Source: Bilabrum cf. latius (taxonomy: Eukaryota). From it: a stretch of 64,000 bases of DNA. Location: assembly GCA_965178125.1 (NCBI GenBank), contig OZ237737.1, positions 1,426,001 to 1,490,000 of the forward strand. Direction: 5' to 3'. Numbering within the stretch: the first letter of the stretch is position 1; the number at the start of each line of letters is the position of its first letter. The notes beneath the pieces are model-generated. The model had not been told where the DNA came from. It saw only the letters and a list, made by a program, of their open reading frames with translations, and did not search any database. Both the position numbers and the translations under genes were made by a program. Below are positions 39,401 to 49,727 of the stretch, in pieces.

Positions 39401-42400
39401 CGCACGTGCACATCCAGTAGGGCCGGGTCCATAGAAGCGAGATCCGTTGGCAAATCAACCTCGCGAAACGAACCGCCGCCAGCGGGGAAGTTCTCCTCAT
39501 GTGAATCATCCGCGAGATGGGATGCAATCGGGAGCCAGCCGCTGTCAAAAGCACGGGCAGTGGTCCGAACCGTCAAGTTGTAGCCGGCGCGTGCCTCTCT
39601 GTCGATCTGCTGGGCATCAACGGCAAGCCCACCAGTCTGAGCATCGAGGTCGAAAGCCCGCTCGGCGGTGCCTGAGGAGGCATCTGCTGATAGCTCGTTG
39701 CCCCTCACAATCTCGAACGACCTGGCAGCCCGTCCGACTTCGCCACGCAGGGGGACGGAGGTAAGGGTGCCAGTCAGAGAGTTCTCAGGGATGCGCAGGC
39801 GCTGGTGGGGGCACGCGACAGACGTGCGAACGGTGACGGGACCGTCGCCCAGGTGACCGATCGCACTGCGACCGAGGCCACGAGTGATAGGGTCGGCGAC
39901 CTGAGACCCATTCTGACGAACACGACCGATGAAGGCCCAGGACTGCTCGCCACCGAGCTAGGGCTTCTGCTGGGAGAACGTCTTGACGCGGTTGCGTGGG
40001 ACCGGGACGGGCGGGGCGCCGACGTTGGCCAGCAGGTCATCAACCTCCCGGGCCAGAGGGTCAAAGGCAGTCTAGTTGACAGGAGGGCCAGAGAAGACCA
40101 AAACTTGATTCAGGCGGTGCAAGCCATGGTAGCTGATCATCCCAACGGAGCCTCTCTCAAGCCTGTTGGGACTCGTGTCCGTCCACTCAGCCATGAGCTT
40201 GTTGTCGTGCCAGATGCGGTAGGTGTCGCCCTACGCATCCACGCGCATCAGCTCCCAGGCGTACCGATCCAGGGTCATCTTCTCGTCCGCACGCCACTAC
40301 CGCTGGAACGTAGCATCTCCATCATCTTCGCTGCGACGAACGAAGCTCATGCACTGCGCCCAGTCCTCCACGTCAAACCGGAACGCGATGTAGTTCTTCG
40401 GATCCTTGTATCGAAGGATGATGCCAATCCCACGGACATGTGTGTACATGTCAAACTCCATCGAATAGTCGCGAAGCGCAAACGCCGCAGGTGTGTCCAT
40501 ATAGATAAGCGTGCCAAACGCGTGATGGCTGCACCGCGCTGGGTGTCCGTACCACCCGTGCTAAACTTGCGTCATATAGTACGACTCGCAGTATAGCTGG
40601 TCGCCTGTCCACTGCCAGTGCGGGTTGTTGTTGACGACACGGCGGTATTGCCCCGATACGACAGGAGGAATTTCCACGTGCTCTGCCCAGTTGATGGGCG
40701 CTGCGTCCCGGCAGCACACGACCACGCCACCGTCATCAAACCCAGTCGTTTCTCCCCAAGAGGGGGCATTGCCGAAGATATCCTCGTGCTCCCTGCACTC
40801 ATACGCATCGTAGGCCTGGCCAGTACTCACCCAGCGGTTCGGACCGTCGCTAATGGGTGTCCATCCCAGCCCTTCAACACGGCCTACCCCAGAGTAGTAC
40901 GTGCCGGTGCCACGCACCCGACAGATGCTTCGGAAGTCGCACAGCCGGAGGCCCTGTGACTCGCAGTGTCGCTTGGCGCCGGACCAGGTCTTGCTCTCGG
41001 TGTATGCTGCCGAGTTCATGTCGATCCTGCCAGTGTATCTTTTCGACACGATGTCCTCCGCGATCAACGGTGAGATGCGGTCCTCGAACAGCAGCCTCCG
41101 CCGGGGTAAATGCTCCCGCCTACCCGGGTGCTGCGGGGCCCTATGCACGCCAAGCACAAGGGACCCAGGGGCCATCTTGCTCGGGTCGTCCAGGAACGTC
41201 TTCATGTTGCCCAGGTGCTAGAGGGCGCGATCAGGGTCGAGGGAGTTCACGTCAAACACTCCAGAGGCAGTCACTTCAAAGGAGTTCGGATCCACCACCC
41301 AGAGGCCAACACCACCCACCCCATCTGCAAGGGAGATCTCCTGCACGGGGTCTGACGAGGTGCTTTGCGAGGCCGTACTGGCAGGGAGCCTGATTGCGGC
41401 GATCGAGCCGCCGCTGCTGGCACGATCTGACCAGGTGGACGAGTATGGCCTTGCGTTCGCAGCTAGCACACCAGGCAGCACATCACGGTCGTAAATTGCG
41501 AGGACATCTACCACCATACCAGTGCGACCCTTTGCGCCATTGCTTAAAGAACCAAGCGGGATGGAGCCACCACCACCGTGCGTTCCGCTTGTGGCCGTGC
41601 TGTACCCGTCGAAACCGACGCGGAGCGGACGATCAAGAGCAAGTGGAGTCCCGATGTTGAGACCCGGCGGGGCGTTTGAGCCCGTTGTGCCTGATCGGTA
41701 CGCGATCAAGTCCTCCTCACCGTCCACAACGAGGTACGTGAGGCCAGTCCGCCCGCGGTAGATCACGGCAATATGCATTGCAGTCTGCACCCGCACAGGC
41801 CGAGTCGACACGAGCAGGCTCACTCCATCGCTGGATTGCCGCCGAACACACAGACTGCCGTTCGTCATCAGCTGGACCATCAGGCCAAAGTCGTTGGCAT
41901 TTGCACCTCCGGCCCTATCCGACAAAATGGTCGCAGACCCGTCCGTCGGTAGAGCGGCGAACGCCACGAACATCTCGATCGCAAACCCGGACCTGGGATC
42001 GAACCTCGAGAGGGCAGGAATCTCGATGTAGCCCCTGCTGGGGTCGATTGCGACGGCGGATTGAGCGCCAACGGTGGACTGACTCGCACCCGCGAGGGCG
42101 ACAGAGCCCATTCCGCCGGACGCAAGTGGAGGCGCGCCGACGACGATGGCCGGCTGCCCGCCGATGGTGCTGGTGGAGTACGAGCCATTGCTGGGCGAGC
42201 CAGACACCGCACCGAACCCTCCAAGCCTGCGTGCGGCGGTAGCCTCCGCCACCGGCTGCGATCTGTCCGTCTCATCCAGCAGGTACAGAGCAGCGGGCGA
42301 GTTCATGTATGACGCTGCTAGCGGTCCATCGATAGCCAGCGAGGTTGCCTCAATCGCGGGGCACACCCCCATCCCTTCGAAGCGCACCACTCGGATTTCG

Positions 42401-45400
42401 TCCACAAATGACTCTGCCGGCCCGTCACCGGCAAATGCCGCAAACTGCAGGATCACGCGCTCCGGAACACCGCCTCGGGTGCCCCCGAGCAGTGCCTGCG
42501 CGGCATCCGCGTCGTACCCCGGAAGCCCGCTCGGCGGCTCGATCGCAGTCTCGCCGCTGAATGGCTCACCGACAGCGCCGGAACCGACTGCACGGGAGGC
42601 GGCTGCCTGCCCCCTGACTGCAGCCACCGTTTGCGGCACAGCCGAAACGTTGTACTTGTTCCTGAAAGCATCAGCGACGTGGAACCACTCCTGCTTCCAA
42701 GCGCCCGGTCGCACTGACCTGGACTCATCGCAGTGCACGTCTGCAGCACCGCCGTTGTAGCAAATTGTGTAGAATCGCCTGCCCCCGCACAGGCCCGGCG
42801 TGAGAGCTCGGACCGCGTCGCTGCGTCTCTCCTTCAGGCTGCTCGTGGACGCCGTGATGGGGTCTGTCGGGCCGTACCCGGCGCTTCCACGGGGGCTATA
42901 GGGGGTACCGCTGGCGACCCTGGCGTGGCACGCCTCTGCAGGAGGCACGGTCGAGTCGTACGCGCTGGCAGTCTCGCCGACAGCAGTGGCATGCACCTGG
43001 GCGGCCGTGATGTTGACGGGATCCTTCTCGATGTACATGGCCACGAGCGGGGCACCGAAGGACCTTGGTGCCTTGCTCACCTGCACCGACATGCGCACCC
43101 ACACCTCGTCAGGGAAGGCAGAGAGTGGGGCGCCGTCGGCCGGCACGTGTCCATTCAGCGATGCATCGATCGGTTCAGGCAGAGTCACGTTCAGCTCAGT
43201 CATGGCCCTCGATACGTACCTAGACTTGGCCTGGTGCCACAGCTGGCCCATGAGCTGCATCGGACGGGCATTCTGCGTCCGGCCGCCGTACCTCTGCGCG
43301 AAGTACTGACCGATCTGCAGCACCTCCGTCTCGTCCAAGGTGCGGTTGAACACCATGATCTCTGCCATCTCCATAAATCCACGCGATGGGAACCTCACTC
43401 CGTCGTGCATGGCCAGGAAGCCGGGGTCCACTGGCCGGCTGGTTGTCTCGATATTCTGCAGCGTTGAGTCCCTCCAGACGAAAGTCTCGCTGCTCGAGGC
43501 GCCTGCCACTGCCAAGTGCCACTGGTTTAGCGACAGGTAGAACCACGGGTAAGTGTTGTAGTCTCTGCGGCGATCGATCCAGCCCAGCCCGTCCTGGTGA
43601 AGACCGAACACGCCGGTGTTGGTCCCGATGAGGAGGTTGTTGCTACTGCTGCCCAGCACTCGGCCCGAGGTCCGGCGCTCGTACATGCGAGAAAATGACA
43701 CGACTGTCCAGGGTTTCTTGAGAAAGCAGGGCGAAGATGTTCCACCCGTCTGCGGCTGCATCCTCATACCGGTGTTGTCGTTTTCGTATCGGATGGCCGG
43801 CCTGCCTCCGATGTCAGCGGGGTACCCACCGGCGCCCCGCAGAAGCTTCATGCCGTCCTAACCGTCCATCTCGCCCTGCTGCGTCTCGTACACCGCCTCT
43901 GTCTGGGTGGACGACAAGAAGAGCGGGCCTTTGTTGGCGTCGGGGTAGGCCTCGAAGCGGCACTCGGTCGGCACTGCCGAGTCCCATTTAGTCACGCGGA
44001 TCTTGCGACCCACCACGCTGGTTGTAACGTTCACGTCGGGCCGGAACCACATCTTCATATTGGCGCGTGCAGGAAGGTCGTCGATCGAGTCCATGGGCTT
44101 GGAGGACTGCAGCCCCGCCTTGCGCACGGGCTGCAGCAGGGGCGGCTGGAACAGGCGCAGCCCGCGCTCCCCATCAAACCTGGCACGCACGCTTGCGGCA
44201 GCCATGCCAGCAGACGGCCTTGCATCCGTGGACGGAATGCTGACCCCGCTCCAGTCCACACGCTCGCCCGCGTGCACTCCTTTCCAGCGAGTGGCCTCCG
44301 CGCCCGCAGCCGCCGAGGTGCTCCCCAGCGTAGCCAGCGTCTCAAACCTGATCTCGTCCTCGAGAGCGCCTCGCTCGCACACGTCAGTCCCCCCGGGAAG
44401 GCCAGGCAGGCAGAAGAATCCGGGCTCTAGGGTGCATGTGGAGCTGCACCCATCCCCGCTAGAGGTGGCGCCGTCGTCGCACTCCTCCTGGGCGGACCGT
44501 CGGCCGTCTCCGCACACCAGCTTGCGCTCGTTGCCCATGGGGAACACGCACATGCGCACGTCGCGGTGCTTCGAGTCGCTGCACCGCAGCATGCCAGCCC
44601 GCTGGCCCGCGCTTGTTCCCCCGCCCTGGTTCGGGATGGTCGCAACCGTCGGAGGACCGACGCCGTCAGGGTCGCGGGCGGCGGAGGCGACGGCTGGGCT
44701 GAATAGGTCATTTCCTGTCGAGGTTTCGGGCTCGTCAAAGTCGTAGGCAACTAGGAGAGAGCTGGGAGGGGAGGAAGGAAGGGCCTCCTGGGAGTACCGG
44801 CGGATCTCCTGCTCGCTCCGGGCCTGGGACCAGATCCGGAAGTCGTCAACCAATCCTGCGAGGACAATAACCACAAAAAAAGCATGATGAAAAGCTTGTA
44901 ATGCGCGGAATCGACCCATCGAAAGAGATGCATTTGCTATAGAAAGCTCACCGTCAAAGCCTACGGTGAAGCCCTGAAGGCCCAAGCCAAGTCGGAACGT
45001 TGACCTGGTCTTTTTCGGGGGAGAAGGGAGGTCCGTCGAGCTGGCAGCAGCAACACCATCCAACATGATGGTTGTAGTGGCTGCAAGCGACGATGCTGCT
45101 CGCCTGTGCACGAGAGCGACGTGTACCCACAGCCTCTCAGGCATCGAAAGCCGCGTCGAGACGCTTGATGCGCGTTGCGACGCATCAGCGATCGTAGCGA
45201 TTAGTCTACCCGATCCTGGTTCAATGTAAAGGCCAACTTGGTCTCTCACTAACCCTCCAAGCGAGCTGCCAGTCTCGAACACTGTCATCCTCTGCGTAGA
45301 AGGTATGCGGCGAAGCATTAGCCACTGCTCGACAGTGAAGTCCGTTGCATCCAACGCAATACTCGGAATATCCACAGAAGACCCGTTTATAGCGATGGCA

Positions 45401-45528
45401 TGGTCAGCTGCTGAGGCAGACTTGGACACCAATAGCAGAATTGCGAGGGCGCACGCGAACCTGCGTGTCACGGCCCGAGCATATCCGATCGAGAGTGGCC
45501 GTGCACCGAGGTGCCCACGGTTTGTCAT
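24457..45528 (-). CDS. Giant (~7,000 aa) cadherin-containing nine-pass membrane protein (Nonagonal-like): signal peptide, LamG domains, Cys-rich repeat, lectin-like module, cadherin repeats, PAN/apple, many IPT/TIG domains, Cys-rich repeats, 9 TM helices, cytoplasmic tail
   Basis: 21 minus-strand ORF fragments from 43858 to 24457 share one frame. Those inspected end in TAG except the last (TGA 24457-24459). Motifs: FDGLVDDFRIWSQARSEQEI (LamG); CGDGRRSAQEECDDG; cadherin Ca-binding motifs DTNDP, DLNDAP, DRNDPP, DMNEMP, DPDED, IDFE and LDFE; IPT motifs TxGG..I.G.NFG; nine hydrophobic segments between about 26860 and 25450. Not every gap codon was checked. Confidence 0.87.
44856..44951 (-). other. 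Spliceosomal intron (96 nt, in frame, GTGAG...CGCAG)
   Basis: AT-rich segment. Removal gives the canonical LamG motif FDG/LVDDFRIW. Confidence 0.82.
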
Positions 45529-46572
45529 TCTCGCAAATATGTATGTCGGACGCCCTGCCACTGCACCTGTGGTAGTGTGATGGGTGTGGGAGGCTTGCAC
45601 AACACAGATGAATGTGTGCGTGGCGCGCAAATCTTTAGCCCAGAGACAGTCCGAGGGGCTATGCTTGGAGTTATTCAGCGAAACTATGCGTTGGATTCAC
45701 ATAGATGGGTAGTTATGAAGAAATCCGCAGAATAGAGAACTGAGGGAGATGCCCTATCGGCGATGAGGCCACGGGCGTTCCCCGATCGCATGCCAAATAC
45801 GGCCTAGACTCTCGGAGGCACTCGATCAGCCGGCAACTCATCCGAAACTATCAAAATATTCAAATTACTCACCGCAGTAAGGAATGGCTGGACTGTAAAT
45901 ATTGTTCGGCGCTGAGTCTACGGCGGGCAAGAAATTATTTATCTTCATTATTCATACTTTGTCGCAAGCGCAGGCCAACATTAGACTAGGCCCTCGTGGT
46001 CGCTGAACCCTCTGGAGGCTATAGCTAGAGGAGGCTGTAAGGGCTGCACGGCGGCACATCGACTTACGATGATAGGATCCTTCAACATGTGAAATCGCAT
46101 ACTGCAAAGAAACAGGCCCCGCATGCGATGACGTACAATCTGAGATAATCTGATATAATGTTAATAAGGTGTCGATTCATTGGCGCGAAACCGCTTCTGC
46201 TATTCTATTGAACCAGCGAGGCAAGACTATAGCTACGTTGCTGCCACTAGGTATTGGTGAGATTCATGAGGTATTGTAGATATTCTCAAATTGGAAGTTG
46301 GATGAGCTGGGTTTCGAATTTCTTGCTGTGATGCACGCGAGCAGCACCTGCTTGGTCGGGCCGGTGTGGTGCACTTCCACCAAGTCTGTGCCATGAATTT
46401 GTAACAAGCAATGGATGGGAAATAAAGCAAGTATCTTGCTTTGCATACCATCTGATTTCCTTCTGTGCAATATTCATTATTCGCACAGCTTCCCAAGTTG
46501 CCGTTCACCTGTGCAAGTATTCTGATCTGTTGCTCCTCGGTATTGCAGCTTAGAACGACTATTAACGACTAG
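45529..46572. promoter_or_regulatory. AT-rich divergent intergenic region, putative bidirectional promoter
   Basis: Lies between the head-to-head starts at 45528 (-) and 46573 (+). Markedly lower GC and no convincing ORF. Confidence 0.45.
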
Positions 46573-49521
46573 ATGTCAGCAGCTGAGGTTGATGATAATG
46601 AAAAAAATGTGGATGTTGGTGCCACAAAGGAAACAGTGGAAGATGCCAAGGAGGGGAACGAAGAAGGCAGCCCAGGCGCTGCTACTTCCAGTGATGCTGC
46701 TGCAGGCGAAGCCGCTGGCGCTGAAGATGCTGACAAGGTCGCTGAAGACACAGAATAGCCAGCCAAGTATCTAGAATGGGCTCCGCCTTTACGTGAGTTC
46801 AGAAATCTGGGACCGGGTGCTGCGAAAGGCCCGGCGGCCAACGGAACTTCGTCGGCAGGCACAGCCCCTCCCGTACCCGACAAGGACGCCGTGAGATTGT
46901 GGCGCGGCGCAGCTGGAACTCAGGCTCAAGCTGCCGTTGCGCGCGCAGAGTTCAAGCGCCGAGCTGGAATCATGCTTGCCATCGAGGAGGAGCGATAGAA
47001 AGCCGCGATCGCGGAGGCAGAGAAGGCGGACGCTGAGGCTGAGAACGGCAAGGAGAAGAAGGCAGCAGAGGGAGACGATGGGGAGGCGGCCAAAGGGGGC
47101 GCAGACGCGGAGGGCGAGCAGGAAAAGCCCAAGCCCGAGGAGGAAATCGAGAGGCCGCCTGCATTGCTGACCGCTGCCAAGCTCAGCAGTCTGGACGACG
47201 TGGAGGACGAGGGTGCGGCGCCGAGGGCGTGGGGCGAGCTGAACCAGGCCGTGGATGCAATGCCGGGGCAGTACTGGTGCGACAAGGAGGGCAAGCCCTG
47301 CGTGGTGGCAGAGGGCTGGGCGAACCGCGTGAAGGATGACGTCAAGAAGCGACGCTACTTTGTGCTCACGAGGCAGAGGCTGTGCTTCTTCTTCAAGGAA
47401 GCAGACGCCATGATCAAGCCGGGCGAGTCGTGCCAGACCATCCACTGCGCAGCCTCAAGGGACGGCAGCGAAGACGAGCTTGCCAAGGCGGCGCACCACG
47501 AGGAGATCAAACGGACCGAGGAGGAGGAGGGTGCAGCCGGAGCCGGTGCGTCGGGAAGGGCGGGCCGACTCAGGCACAAGTCCTCATCATCTACCAGCAC
47601 CACCCAGTTCACGGTCAACACGTTCTTCCCCTCTCCCCCGGGTGGAGTACTGCACGGCGAGTTCATGCACGACCACCTGTCATCCTTCTCTACCCACGGG
47701 TCCTCGGTCCGTCTGGCGGACGTGCGGCGCGTGAGCTGGAGGATCGGGCGGTCCAGCATCCGGCTGAAGTACTTTGACGGCCACGAACCAACCATAATCG
47801 AGGCGGACTCGCCCGATACCGCCCAGGTGTGGGCAGAGGCGATCCAAGAGGCCGTGGACGCAGAGCGACGAACAGCGGCTGGGTATGCCGGGGACAAGAA
47901 GCCAGACACCCCAACTTCGACCAGAGGCGGGGGCAAGGGCAGGGCAGATACCGCGGACAGCGAGGCAGATTTAGCGTCGATCGGAGACTCGCCCCCGTCT
48001 GGGAGGCGCCACACGGTGGCGTCAACCCCTGACCGCAGCCAGCAGGCCCGGGGCAGCATCTTTGGGTCGCTTGGGACTGCGCTGTCCTCCCCCTTCCGCA
48101 TGTTTGGCGGGCCCGAGGACCCCAAGGCGGCCGAAGCGGCGCGCAAGAAGGCGGAGGAGGAGGCTCAGAAGGCCAAGGAGGAGGCTGCGAAGCGGACCAA
48201 GGAGCAAGAGCTCAAGATGAAGTGGGACGATCGCAAGGCCGACGTCGCCAGGCGCAAGGAGCTGCAGGAGCTCAGGGATCACCGGTTGGAGAAGTTCACT
48301 CCCGTCGGGTGCCGCTTCGTGTCGGAGAATGAGGGCGGTCTCGCGCCGGCGGATGGCGAGAAGACTTCGATCGCGGAAGGCGGGTGCTTCAAGCGCGAGA
48401 AGCAGCTGAGGGACTCGAGGAACCAGGCGTGGCTCGAGGATGCCAGCGGCAGGCCGCTCGTGCTGCTTCACGGGTGGTGCTCCAAGAAAGACGTGGGGTC
48501 TACCCTGTTCGGGGACGCCGACAGAGACCGCTACCTGGTCTTGACTCCTTTCCATCTGTGCTACTACTGCTCCAAGCAGGACGCAGACTGCTAGGCGGAC
48601 GGTTACATGCACGGGAAGTCGTCAGGGGCCCATCCTTCTTCGTTCATGGGGACGGGCGCGCGCCTGGCGCTCGAGGCCATCGTGGACGTGGAGGTGGTGA
48701 GTGCCACGTACGAGGACGAGAAAAAGGAGGAAGTGGCGGGGGAGGGAGAGAAAGGAGGAGCAGGGGAAAAGGAGGCAGAGGCCGAGAAGTCCGAGGGCGA
48801 CGCAGCGAAGAGCAAAGGGGAAGACGGAGACAAGGAAGCGGGCGACGGCGCGGATGGGGAGGACAAGGCAGACGCTGGCAAGGCGGGCGATGAAGGAGAT
48901 GCATCGGCTGGAAAGGCGGCTGATCCTGCGAAGGAGGACGCGGGGGACGATGCGGGCAAAGACACCACCACCGAGGGCGAGAAGGAAGGCGAGGCTGCCG
49001 ACGGCGAGAAGGAGGACGGACAGGACGGCCCTGCTTCTGGAGCTGGTGCCGGTGCGGGTGGTGATGACGGTGCTGCCGGCGCAGGCGTAGACGTCGAGGT
49101 AGACGAAACCAAGGTTGACCCGGACTCGCTGCCCAAGGTGAACCTGGTCAGCGACGGCAAGGGGCGCTTCGAGCAGTCGCACATCGTCAGTCTGGACATG
49201 GGCGACAGGACCATCCGGATCGAGCTGTACTCGAAAGCGTACGCTGAGAGGTGGTGCAGCGCCATCGAGACCTGGAGCAAGTGGTGGAAGGTCCGCATGG
49301 ACGAGGCCGCCATGAATGCGTTCGGGGATGCTGCTGCCTACAGGTCCATGATGCAGGCCAGCGGCGATGGCAGCATCGACGACGAGGCCAAACAGAAGGA
49401 AATTGCGGCAATGAAAGCGTCTAGCGGGGGTGGTGGGCGCAAATATGTCCAGGGATCGCGAAGGGGCAGGGGAGGCAAGACCCGAGGGCGAGGGCGAGGA
49501 AGAGGTCGGGGAGGCAAGTGA
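46573..49521 (+). CDS. Two-PH-domain protein with acidic low-complexity inserts and an RG/RGG-rich C-terminus (~980 aa)
   Basis: Fragments 46573, 47164 and 48607 are in frame, joined through TAG at 46756, 46996 and 48592. PH motifs EGW...KKRRYFVLTRQRLCFF...EADSPDTAQVWAEAI and HGWCSKK...DRYLVLTPFHLCYY...AERWCSAI. Ends TGA. Confidence 0.83.
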
Positions 49522-49727
49522 GGCCACTGCTCACGCAGCTGACATGCTGCTCGGCGTATTGTGTCGTACACCAAGCCTGTTGATGGACAGTCATACTGCT
49601 TCGTAGTACATTAATGTCACTCGAGATCCTTCGCATTGCCCCATCACACATTGCGCCACCAGGCCGTGGACGTCGCTGCCAGGCCTCACATCCCGCCTAG
49701 ACTGCCAGCATCTTTGAGCTGCACGGT

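Noticed and set aside
45529-46572. Suppressor tRNA(CUA) or other ncRNA in the long intergenic region
   Set aside because: No cloverleaf or T-loop (GTTCRA) with matching stems was recognised by eye. A covariance-model search is needed to exclude it fully.
48622-49527. Long antisense or alternate-frame ORFs (for example 48622-49527, 7528-8286, 39805-40596, 62584-63306)
   Set aside because: These are shadows of GC-rich coding sequence on the other strand or frame, with no recognisable motifs.
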